Positions 1 to 9,294 of a stretch of DNA of 64,000 nt are shown here, one piece after another. The translations under genes and the position numbers were made by a program. Position 1 is the first letter of the stretch; each line of letters begins with the position of its first letter. The notes beneath the pieces are model-generated. The model was given only the letters and a program-made list of their open reading frames with translations, searched no databases and was not told the origin of the DNA. This stretch comes from Amphiura filiformis (taxonomy: Eukaryota), in NCBI RefSeq assembly GCF_039555335.1, contig NC_092647.1, positions 18,820,946 through 18,884,945 on the forward strand, read 5' to 3'.

Positions 1-367
1 TTATCAACATTTTGGAAAATTGTCTGTAATATGCAACAAACCGCACGCTTCTACACCTTTTACTGTTCCTGTAATAATCAAAAATCTAATTTCACTTTTT
101 ATACCAAAAATATGATGATTTGATGCAAATTCCTTGAAAAGTCAGATTTATACCCATGCAAATTTTTGTAGAAATGATTGGGATATACCTCACAGTGTTT
201 TCTTCAATTTTTAGTGAAATTTTGATGTTTTGCGACCGTTGTCGGTGCATTGGTTTCTCAACCTCGCCTCCGCTTAGCTCAATATACAACACACAGTTTA
301 CACAATCGTTCCAAAATGATGTAATGGCTATAGTTTTCATTTTCCCCGTTTTTCGTTCTTCGGTTTA

Positions 368-893
368 ATATACACCCCGGGGGGGGGGGGGCACTCCAAC
401 TTTGGAGGTGACGCATATGTAGGGCTGTTAAGACCCCCTTTTTCAGCATCGCTGTCACCCAAAGACCCCATATTTTTTTACGAACACATGCTCTTGTCAC
501 CCGAAGACCCCCTATTTTTCCATTTGATCTGTCACCCAAAGACCCTTACAAGTTCAATTTGAACAGCATCTTTCATTTATCACTGATTTTGTTACTTATT
601 TTGAAAAAACAATGAAATTTGAAGCCATTTAGAACTAGAAATTGGATTTTCGAGGTCTCTGTGGCGCTGTTTCGGCTCTCACCCAAAGATTCCATTTAAA
701 AAAAAGGTCATGTTCTCACCCAATGACCCCATATTTTTTACATTTTGGTCTCACCGAATGCCAAAAATCATGCTCTCACCCAATGACCCCATATTTTTTA
801 CATTTTGCTCTCACCGGATGCCCCTTAGTGCGCAAGTGCCAGCCCTACACCTATATCCATTTCATATTGAAGTGCCCTCCCCGGGATATACAC
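368..893. mobile_element. MITE-b copy 1 (element 376-885, 510 bp) with TIR CCCGGGGGGGCACTCC.../...GAAGTGCCC(T)CCCCGGG and 8-bp TSD ATATACAC (368-375 and 886-893)
   Basis: Terminal inverted repeat and a perfect 8-bp direct duplication are read directly. Internal 40-bp TCACCCAA(A/T)GACCCCATATTTTT subrepeats. A second copy lies at 37750-38053. Confidence 0.6.
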
Positions 894-984
894 CTGTATA
901 TACATGTATTGGCTCAGTACTAAAGCAGTACTAAACTGAGAACAAACTATGAGCACAAACGTGATACATCTGACAAAAAGAAGT

Positions 985-1115
985 TTAATAGGTGTAATAG
1001 CAAATTAGCCCTTTGGTGTTTTAGCTATTTCAATAAATCCCAACTTAAATATCATGAGCGCGATCATACAATGCCGTTTATATTTACTTGTAAACTCAGC
1101 TCACGATGAATCAAA
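985..1115. repeat. dispersed repeat of about 130 bp, with a second copy at 11985-12110
   Basis: About 85% identity between the two stretches (..TGGTGTTTTAGCTATT..ATCATGAGCGCGATCATACAATGCCGTTTATATTTACTTGTAAACTCAGCTCACGATGAAT..). Confidence 0.5.
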
Positions 1116-2711
1116 TAATTATACGTTATTAAATTTTCCCTTTATTGAAGTAGAAACTTAATACCTTTTGTTTTATGCTTATAATAAGAAATGTAGCTCA
1201 GAAAAAATTAATAGAATAAAATCAGATGTTTACACATGTGATGCGATCAAGTAAATTCAGTCGGAACTCGGAAATATTGATTTTGAGATATAGCCAAACA
1301 AAGGAAATATTTAGTCCAGCCGAGCGGCGGCTGGACTCCTGTTTTCAGTGGTTTCTTCTTCTTCTTTCTGTCAACATTTGACATAATTGGCTCTAGCTCC
1401 CTAATTATTTGACCGATTTTAACCATTATTATGTTTTCAGAATCTTGCTTCCTATACCTCTCCACACAGTTTAAAACGTCAAAAAAATAGCATATTGGAT
1501 CCATTTCGAATCCAATTTTAGCGCCACCTGGATCCCAATCCCCCGTGATTTTTAAAATCGCTGATTTTGCCGCCAATTTTAACGTATTGTAAATTGACCG
1601 ATCGTATGTGATCAAGAGATAACACAAACGCACTGTATGAGACTATTCATTCATGAACTCGATTTTGTTTATTTTGCTGTCAAACCGGGAGAATTTGATT
1701 TTCTACGGACGCGGAAAGAGATGTTTAATTTCATGATTCTAGGCTTGAAAGTCAACAATGTGGGGTACTAAATGCATGTTTCAGCTGCTTAGAAATGAAG
1801 AAATTAATGTGGTTTGTTGAAATATCTTTGGAAAGTACAAAAAAGTAGTAAAAACCGGTGCTAAACCACTACGTAAAAGCTGCAGAATTCGGCAATCTCG
1901 CACAATCGGACATCAAAAATTATCAAATTTTCCGACCAAACCAGAGGATTTATACCTGCCAAATGCCAATTATCACTTTTTGAACTAATTTGAGACTCTG
2001 CAAGGTGTGAATGATGTTAGCACAGACAAGGTAGGGTTTTAGATAAGCTTATGAAATCGGCAAATATAGTCCACCCAACTGCACTGTTGCCTTGGCTCTT
2101 GCACTGGCTGCAGGCTTGCACTCTGATTTTGTAGCTTAAGTTACGCTTACTTTATCAGTTTATTGCCTATCAAATATCATTATAAACACTTTATTACTTC
2201 ATATTTTTAACCCTCATAATTCAATTATATCATTTCGCAACTTACGAACGACTCGGAACGAGTACGTAACTTCATGAGACAGGGATTTTTTCCCATTTCT
2301 TTCCCTCTACATGTAGTGTTGGTAGGCAATCTCTGGGAAGTGCAGATTAGTAAATAATTTTAGTGAAATGTATTTTACAATACATTCTAAAGTTACGATG
2401 GATTTTGAGACTTACGAAGCGCTACGAATCGTCATAAATTTTGGTGAAATGAATCCCCATTAATTTAAATGTTACGGAAACTTATGGAATTCCGGAAGTA
2501 GGGCTGGCCAAAAAAAGTCCGGAAGTAGGCCGGAAAAAAAAAAAAAAAAAAATTTCAATTTTTTTTTTTTTTGCTCTAGGCATGTAAGATCAGTCGATTT
2601 TGACCTCCCCACAAAAAAAAAAAAAAAAATCACGAAAAATTTTTTTAAAAAAAATCGAATTTTGTCTTTTAATTTAAGATTCTGAAAACATAATAATGAT
2701 AAAATTGGATG

Positions 2712-2950
2712 GTTTATTTCACCCAATGCAAAATTTATTGGTCTCGCTATGAGTTTTAAAATATTGGACTCGACTACGTCTCGTCCAATATTTTAAAACT
2801 CATAGCTCGACCAATAAATTTGTGCATTGGGTTCAAACCATCCAATGCAAAATTTATTGGTCTCGCTATGAGTTTTAAAATATTGGACTCGACTATGTCT
2901 CGTCCAATATTTTAAAACTCATAGCTCGACCAATAAATTTGTGCATTGGG
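2712..2950. repeat. two tandem copies of a hairpin-forming unit of about 119 bp (each unit is an internal perfect palindrome)
   Basis: CAATGCAAAATTTATTGGTCTCGCTATGAGTTTTAAAATATTGGACTCGAC is followed by its reverse complement. The whole unit is duplicated with 1-2 mismatches. Confidence 0.75.
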
Positions 2951-3009
2951 TTCAAACCATCCAATTTTATATCAAACTTGGGTGAAAAGCTCCACTACCC
3001 CAGCCTTTA

Positions 3010-3480
3010 CATTTGACATGACCCATTTGGGGTCAAATGTCACGCATGAGTAATTTTGGCTAAAAATGCGATTTTTACCAAAAATGCTTCTTCTTTACAG
3101 ATTACATGGTAGCGCAATGAGACTTGGTCATCGGCATGGACTATAGTTGGGGTCTATGGGGTAAACACAGATTTGGGGTCAAAGGTCATTAAGGGATTTT
3201 TTCAGCACATAACAAAATAACTTCAAAATGCTTCTTTTCCTACAGATTACATGGTACAGAGATACGATTGACACATATGCATTGACATTAGCTGGTGTCT
3301 ATGGGGTAAACACAGATTTGGATTTCAAGGTCATGAAGGGGTCAAATAGGTTAGATTACTGAAAATTACCTTAAAATTCACTATTTACTACAGAATAATG
3401 CCAGAATGACTATAACATTGGGTGCATATAGGGTTATAATCAGATTTGGCTTGAACATGGGGAGGGTCTGTTTTGGGGTC
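3010..3480. repeat. tandem satellite of about 145 bp, roughly 3 copies
   Basis: Recurring CTTCTTCTTTACAGATTACATGGTA..CTATGGGGTAAACACAGATTTGGGGTCAAAGGTCAT blocks. Confidence 0.6.
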
Positions 3481-3720
3481 AAAAGGGTAAAATTCTCAAA
3501 TTTGTCCAATTCGAATGAAAATTAGTATATGTGATCACGATATGATTCAAAATATGATGGAGGTCATTTCAAGGTCACCAGAGGTCACCTAAAGGTTAAA
3601 AGGGGTAAAGTTCCAAAATTCGTCCAAATTAACTTTAAATTAGAATATATAATATTGATGTGATTTAAAACAAAATGGAGGTCATTTCAAGGTCATCAGA
3701 GGTCAACAAAGGTCAAATTG
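3476..3720. repeat. tandem repeat of about 125 bp x2, rich in AGGTCA motifs
   Basis: GGGGTAAAATTC..ATGGAGGTCATTTCAAGGTCACCAGAGGTCACCTAAAGGT is duplicated. AGGTCA half-site-like hexamers occur at least 10 times between 3470 and 3840. Confidence 0.6.
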
Positions 3721-4477
3721 TTTTATTAGCTAGATTGTTATTAAACTTAATGCCTACATCTGTCACGAAAATGCAATTTTGTTTCAAATCTTTTCAAGGT
3801 CATCAGATGTCACTTCAAGGTCACGGCTGGACTTCACAGCCTTACAGGGATGCAATATATCTAGTTCCTTTTGTTTTCTTTTGTTTTGGAAACTCTTTAG
3901 TTGCTCATATCTTTGGAACTGGTTGTTCAATTTCAATGGGGTTTTCTACAAAATGCAGCTTTGTAAATGCTCTTTACTATTCTGTAAAAAACCTGCAAAT
4001 TCAATATTTCCGGGTTCCGACTGATTTTGCTTGATCGCATCACATATTTCTTTTCAACATTGTTCCACTATGTTAAATAATGCAAACATTTTACACGCTA
4101 ATCTAAACATATTGGGTAATCTGATGAAGGTTAATAGATGAATGGAGGTGTTTTGAAGCACAAGCCCATAATTTATTTATTATAGGACTTCAGTTTGGAA
4201 TCTGTACGAAAAATAAGAATTTACCTTGCAGATTTAAAAAAAGACTAGACACAAACGGTTAATTTGATTAGAAAATGTTGATGAAATAAAAGACAATATT
4301 GCTCAAAGACAATATTGTTCAAGGTTGCGCTGCAGGCTTACAAAGAAATAATGTTGCTCCAAAATCAATAGCAAACAAGCTTAAACTATACATTAGGCCC
4401 CGATAGAGGGCAGGGCCTGAAAAATGAGAGGAAATTATGGGATGAAAAGTACAAAAAGTATGAAATGGGCTGTCTCA

Positions 4478-4720
4478 AACCCCAACCCACTAACCCTAAC
4501 CCTAACCCACTAACACTAACCCTAACCCATTAACCCTAACCCACTAACCCTAACCCCAACCCACTAACCCTAACCCTAGTAACCCACTAACCCTAACCCC
4601 AACCCACTAACACTAACCCCAACCCACTAACACTAACCCTAACCCACTAACCTCAACCGTAACCCTAACTCATTAACCCTAACACTAACCCACTAACCCT
4701 AACCGTAATGTAACATTGCC
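4478..4720 (-). repeat. interstitial telomere-like array (TTAGGG and variants on the minus strand), about 240 bp
   Basis: CCCTAACCCTAACCCACTAAC... repeated. A higher-order AACCCACTAACCCTAACCCTA variant is visible. Confidence 0.85.
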
Positions 4721-4874
4721 CAACTGCCCAACAAGCACCCTTAATGTAAATGTAAAACAGAGGGGGCTATTTACTGCCTTATATTCAGTCTCATATGGAC
4801 TGATTACGAGTGTGCGTTCAGTCGCATACAGTCTGAATATTAGAGAGACCAGGTTGGAATTCGTTCATGTCTTT

Positions 4875-5063
4875 TCATTTCATATGACAGTGTGAAGCTT
4901 TTGTTGCAATATTGGCAAGTATAAGGCTTCTCTTTCGTATAAATTCGTTCATGTATTTTAAATACATGAACGAATTTATGCTACTTGCCTGTGTGAAGCT
5001 GTTGTTGCAGATTTGGCACGTATAAGGTTTCTCTTTTGTATGAATTCGTTCATGTGCTTTCAA
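4875..5063 (-). CDS. ZF gene A distal degenerate fingers (3' terminus), containing a small palindromic inverted duplication
   Basis: HERIHTKEKPYTCQICNNSF.. finger motifs. AAATTCGTTCATGTATTTTAAATACATGAACGAATTT palindrome disrupts a finger. Confidence 0.5.
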   Translation of the reverse strand: MKAHERIHTKEKPYTCQICNNSFTQASSINSFMYLKYMNEFIRKRSLILANIATKASHCHMK

Positions 5064-5125
5064 GTTTCCTGGAGTTATAAAACGCAGTATTCATTGCAGT
5101 ATGTAAGGAGTCTCGTTGGTATGAA

Positions 5126-5581
5126 CTAGTTCAAGCTGCAAGTTGCAAGACTGTGTGAAGCCTTTATTGCATTTTTGACATATGTGTAAAGCTCCTCTCT
5201 CGTATGAATTCTTTCATGTCTTCTCAAGCTACAAGCCTGTGTGAAGCTTGTGTTGCAGATTTGGCAAGTATAAGGTTTCTTTTTTGTATGAATTCGTTCA
5301 TGTGCTTTCAAGTTACCTTTCAGTGTGAAGCCTTTATTGCAATATTGACATAAGTAAGGCTTCTCTTTCGTTTGAATTCGTTCATGTATTTTCAAGTAAC
5401 GGGACTTTGCGAAGCCTTTGTTGCAGACTTGGCAAGTATAAGGCTTCTCTTTTGTATGAATTCGTTCATGTATTTTCAAGTCACTTGACTGTGTGAATCC
5501 TTTGTTGCAATATTGACATATGTAAAGCTTCTCTCTCGTATGCATTCGTTCATGTCTTTTCAAGCTACCCAGCAAACACAA
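5126..5581 (-). CDS. ZF gene A fingers 11b-15 downstream of the MITE-a insertion (continuation of CDS 6234-7523)
   Basis: Starts ..SLKRHERMH, which is exactly the missing half of the finger broken at 6260. There are 4 more fingers. One has a H-to-Q ligand change (HERIQ). Confidence 0.65.
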   Translation of the reverse strand: MCLLGSLKRHERMHTREKLYICQYCNKGFTQSSDLKIHERIHTKEKPYTCQVCNKGFAKSRYLKIHERIQTKEKPYLCQYCNKGFTLKGNLKAHERIHTKKKPYTCQICNTSFTQACSLRRHERIHTREELYTYVKNAIKASHSLATCSLN

Positions 5582-6259
5582 AACGTTTTCGACATCATTC
5601 GCAAAAGGTTATAAAAGGTTGTCGGAAAACGTTTAAATGTCGGGTTATATAAAAGGTACATTAATGGTATAAAACGTCTTCATAACATTAAATAACATTT
5701 GTTGGTAATTTACTGCACAGCAAACACAAATGTTTTACAGAAAATATTTAAATGTCGAGTTATATAAAGGGTATAAAAACGTTTTAATAACATTCCAAAA
5801 ACATTTGTGAAAACTTGGTACAAATCATTCCAAACAGAATGTTATTTTGGGGTTGAAAAAATATTTTGCAAAAAATGTTTGCCCAAAATATTTAAAATAA
5901 CGTTTTTAAAATGTTTTCACGACCTTTATAAAACCCGACATTTAAATGTTATTAAAACGTTTTGTAAAAAACATTTAAAGAACATTTCTGTGTTTGCTGG
6001 GTGCAAATATTTTAATATAATGTTATTTAAGTGTTGACAAAATATTTGACCAAAAATGTTTGCAAAAATAGTTTACAATGACATTTCGAAAACATTTTAA
6101 AAATATTGTTGTAGTGTGTTTTCATACAAAACGTTTTAAAACGATTTCATGACCTTTATATAACCCGACATTTTAATGTTATTAAAACGTTTTACCTAAA
6201 CCAAAACCCAAAATATAACTTATTTAAAACGTTTTAAAAACGTTTTTGTGTTTGCTGGG
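5568..6259. mobile_element. composite MITE-a insertion #1 (692 bp): TIR CCCAGCAAACAC/GTGTTTGCTGGG, flanking TA duplication, internal nested copy 5713-6004
   Basis: The ends are perfect inverted repeats. TA is present at 5566-5567 and 6260-6261. The internal 292-bp unit has its own TIRs of about 70 bp (CAGCAAACACAAATGTTTTA..TAAATGTCGAGTTATATAAA). It is 92% identical to the copy at 56483-57173. Confidence 0.7.
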
Positions 6260-7523
6260 TACCTGACTGTATGAAGCTTTTGTTGCAGATTTGGCAAGTG
6301 TAAGGTTCCTCTTTTGAATGAATTCGTTCATGTATTTTCAAGGCACATGACTGTGTGAAGCCTTTGTTGCAGTATTGGCATATGAAAGGCCTCTCTTTCG
6401 TATGGATTCGTTCATGTATTTTCAAGGCACATGACTGTGTGAAGCCTTTGTTGCAATATTGACATGTGTAAGGCGTCTCGTTGGTATGAAATCGTTCATG
6501 ATATTTCAAGTAACCAGACGTTGTGAAGCCTTTGTTGCAGTATTGGCAAATATAAGGCCTTTCTTTGGTATGTATTCGTTCATGTATTTTCAAGTTCCCA
6601 GACTGTGCGAAGCCTTTGTTGCAGTATTGACATATGAAAGGCTTCTCTTTCGTATGAATTCGTTCATGTGTTTTCAATTCACCAGACTGTGTGAAGCCTT
6701 TGTTGCAGTATTGGCATATGAAAGGCTTCTCTTTCGTATGGATTCGTTCATGTGTTTTCAAGTGACCTGACGTTGTGAAGCCTTTGTTGCAGTATTGGCA
6801 TATGAAAGGCTTCTCTTTCGTATGAATTCGTTCATGTCTTTTCAAGTTACCTGACGTTGTGAAGCCTTCGTTGCAGTATTGGCATATGAAAGGCTTCTCT
6901 TTCGTATGGACTCGTTCATGTATTTTCAAGGCACATGGCTGTGTGAAGCCTTTGTTGCAATATTGACATATGTAAGGCGTCTCGTTGGTATGAATTCGTT
7001 CATGTGTTTTTAAGTTCCCAGACGTTGTGAAGCCTTTGTCGCAGTATTGGCATATGAAAGGCTTCTCTTTCGTATGGATTCGTTCATGTGTTTTCAAGTG
7101 ACCTGACTGTGTGAAGCCTTTATTACAGTATTGACATATGAAAGGCTTCTCTTTCGTATTATTTTGTTTATGTACATTTACCTTACTGATTGAAAACGGT
7201 TTGTCAAAATTTTGACCTTGATAAAATACCAATTGCGAATCGTTCTCATTGGTTGGTTTGCTTGATGAACCATTACCACTTGTCCATTGGTCAAGAGATG
7301 GTGACGTCAAATAACCATCGCTTCTGCTATTATCGGAGGTCTTTATATTTCTGCTTGGAATGGGTATCAATTTCTTCTTATAGTCATACCAATATGCACG
7401 AATCCACAGCTCATGACGCAGATGACGCAGATATCGATGATTATTATTAAAGAACCTTCGTCTGCAATATTTACACACGTGAGGCATCAGGTATTCCCAT
7501 TCTCGTGGTCTTCTTAGAGGCAT
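6234..7523 (-). CDS. ZF gene A: N-terminal domain (about 135 aa) plus 10 C2H2 fingers and the first half of finger 11. The stop is provided by the MITE-a insertion.
   Basis: ORF of 429 aa. ATG at 7521-7523 preceded by ..CATTCATTGCAG. C-x2-C-x12-H-x3-H units with HTKEKP(F/Y) linkers. Confidence 0.8.
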   Translation of the reverse strand: MPLRRPREWEYLMPHVCKYCRRRFFNNNHRYLRHLRHELWIRAYWYDYKKKLIPIPSRNIKTSDNSRSDGYLTSPSLDQWTSGNGSSSKPTNENDSQLVFYQGQNFDKPFSISKVNVHKQNNTKEKPFICQYCNKGFTQSGHLKTHERIHTKEKPFICQYCDKGFTTSGNLKTHERIHTNETPYICQYCNKGFTQPCALKIHERVHTKEKPFICQYCNEGFTTSGNLKRHERIHTKEKPFICQYCNKGFTTSGHLKTHERIHTKEKPFICQYCNKGFTQSGELKTHERIHTKEKPFICQYCNKGFAQSGNLKIHERIHTKERPYICQYCNKGFTTSGYLKYHERFHTNETPYTCQYCNKGFTQSCALKIHERIHTKERPFICQYCNKGFTQSCALKIHERIHSKEEPYTCQICNKSFIQSGTQQTQKRF

Positions 7524-8090
7524 TCCTGCAATGAATGGTAAAAAGCAATCTGTCTAATTAAGGCAACATTACGAATTTGAGAAAACTATTTCATTATTGG
7601 GTTACTTGTTAGTTCTACTTTCACGGGACTGTTCCAATTGTATGCCTCCTTGTAGGCGTTTCTGATACAAATTATATGCGAGGCTATTCTTTACTTGATT
7701 TGGAAGTCGTTAAGGGTAGACGAAGCAATTGTTGGTCGAAGCAACCTAAAAATCGATTTTCATTATCTTGATCAATATATTATTGAAAAATTACACCTTG
7801 ATGTTTTGCAAAAGTTCATTCTACAAATCGTATACTTTGCAAACTTGCTTAATTTATTGTTGTTAATGAGTTATGTACGTTTTACAAAAGTGTTGTTGTT
7901 TCAGCCCTCTTTACAACATAACTCAAGAACCACAGGACCTACAAAAGTATATCTGTGATATTTTAATTCTTCTACACAATCGCTATGAATTGAGCAATGC
8001 AGTTTTTGCCAAAGCTCACTACCATTCGTACGATGCTGTGAACTACCAAATCACAACAGTTTAAAATAATCAATAACCTTAAAGACATTT
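7524..8090 (-). promoter_or_regulatory. conserved upstream region of gene A (intron 3' end/promoter). Homologous blocks lie upstream of genes B, C, E, G and pseudogene F.
   Basis: 7524-7700 is about 90% identical to 28556-28750. 7700-8070 is about 80% identical to 25480-25800. A splice-acceptor-like YYYYCAG lies directly before the ATG. Confidence 0.4.
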
Positions 8091-8532
8091 TCAAGATTTT
8101 GAGTTGAAACATTTGTGCACAAATTGTGTTTTATGTTACATGTCCTGTTATTGCATTTAGCGCAGCACAATATCTAGGTCTCATCATCAGCGTACCCGAA
8201 ACTGAGTACATGGCAGTCAAATGCAACCCACAGCCACAGACACGACTTCAAGTGTATGAGAGCCTATCAAACATGTATCCAACTTCAAATATCTGGGATC
8301 AATGATGGCCTCTAGTACCAGCGACCGATCCAGACGGAAAGCAGTTCCTTTGACTGGTTTTAGGAAGTATTGGAAGAAGTCCATCAATCTCCATCATAAT
8401 TAAAATCAGGCTTTTCAACATCAACCATACATGCTATTGCCTCAGTAGTTGTGGATCGTAGAGAAACTTAGTAGTCGTCTGCTCCGAATTAAAGTGAAAT
8501 GAAAGAATGCCAAATGTCTCAAAGACTAAATT
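8090..8532 (+). repeat. intergenic spacer segment B of the tandem ZF duplication unit (copies at 28750-28912, 30810-31060, 49795-49930)
   Basis: GTTGAAACATTTGTGCACAAATTGTGTTTTATGTTACAT... and CCAACTTCAAATATCTGGGAT... blocks recur at the listed sites. Confidence 0.5.
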
Positions 8533-9294
8533 TGGAATAGTACAGGGTGTCCCTGAAAGAAATGTATCTTCAGAAACTTAATTGTTTGGGTATTTTAACG
8601 CCACAACTAAACATAACTAAATAATTGACGTGGTTTACATAGGCTTCAATCTGGAAAAACACATCTTATCTAAACCAGTGATGTGCACCCAATCCTGTTT
8701 TTGCTATCGGAAGTTAAAGAAGAAACGAAAAAGGAAAGAAGATGAATAAAGAAGTCACTTGGCAGAGATTCCGTGAGCATATAACACCGGCATATAACAC
8801 TTACAGTGATTGCGTCATCGCAGACCCGGGGATTCACGCATGCGCAGTGGTTTTCATCGTGGTATTTTGTGGTATCTATGGGTGTTAGGGTTAAGGAATA
8901 AATCAGCTATCACATACTTTTTGAATTTTGACAATTGACCTTGCCGTTCTTGAAATATAAGAATTTTACGAAACTCTTTCATTTTCAAACCTTTCCACGG
9001 ATTCAAATATCAATCGATGATCTGTATTCGGAGTGTTAATCACTACGCATAATCAGCGCATGAGGCGTCTATTGTCATTGATAGATATTTGACTCCGTGG
9101 AACGGATTGAAAATGATGCGGTTTCGTGAAATTCTTTTATTTCAAAAACAGAGCGGTCAATTGTAAAAATTCAAAAAGTATGTGATAGCTGATATTCCTC
9201 AACCGCATCAGTTATTTAGTTATGTTTGGTTTATGCGTTAAAATACGCAAAAAAATAAAGTTTCCGACGATAAAGTTCTTTCAGGGACACCCTG
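8533..9294. mobile_element. foldback element (762 bp) with terminal inverted repeats CAGGGTGTCCCTGAAAG and long internal inverted arms
   Basis: 8533-8640 is the reverse complement of 9190-9294. An inner arm pair lies at 8890-9010 versus 9060-9200. It is inserted between spacer segments B and A. The other spacer copies lack it. Confidence 0.6.

Larger units (their letters stand above)
1236..4046. mobile_element. non-autonomous element of about 2.8 kb bounded by 50-bp terminal inverted repeats (ATGTGATGCGATCAAGTAAATTCAGTCGGAACTCGGAAATATTGA...), carrying internal satellite arrays
   Basis: The left end 1236-1290 and the reverse complement of 3995-4046 match at about 90%. The two short ORFs 1247-1633(-) and 3675-4034(+) share the C-terminus QYFRVPT(E/D)F only because both read through a TIR. 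No transposase-sized ORF is present. Confidence 0.5.

Noticed and set aside
2472-2726. ORF 2472-2726 with poly-F and poly-K
   Set aside because: Homopolymer A/T runs.
3470-3840. Cluster of AGGTCA nuclear-receptor half-sites as a regulatory module
   Set aside because: The hexamers are part of a tandem satellite inside a TIR-bounded element. Repetition explains their density without invoking function.
5568-6259. Possibility that the MITE-a block inside genes A and G is a spliced intron
   Set aside because: Tested candidate GT/AG pairs at the element ends (CAG|GTACCC ... GGGTAG|CTTG). The resulting junction shifts the frame and creates an immediate stop. Simple excision plus one TA restores the frame, so it is an insertion.
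6459-6770. Plus-strand ORFs (6459-6770, 21343-21738, 22183-22497, 48617-48844) encoding MxxxRLLFRMNSFMxFQVTRLCEAFVAVL repeats
   Set aside because: They lie antisense to the ZF finger arrays. The 84-bp periodic repeat keeps a frame open on the opposite strand. No start context, no independent conservation.
7190-7450. Plus-strand ORFs (7190-7450, 22494-22676, 28219-28482, 49015-49284) that look conserved between loci
   Set aside because: They are antisense to the conserved N-terminal exon of the ZF genes. Their conservation is a by-product of conservation of the sense strand.
6234-7523. CRISPR-like regular repeats
   Set aside because: The regular 84-bp periodicity is that of protein-coding C2H2 fingers in a eukaryotic gene. 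No short direct repeats with unique spacers and no prokaryotic context.
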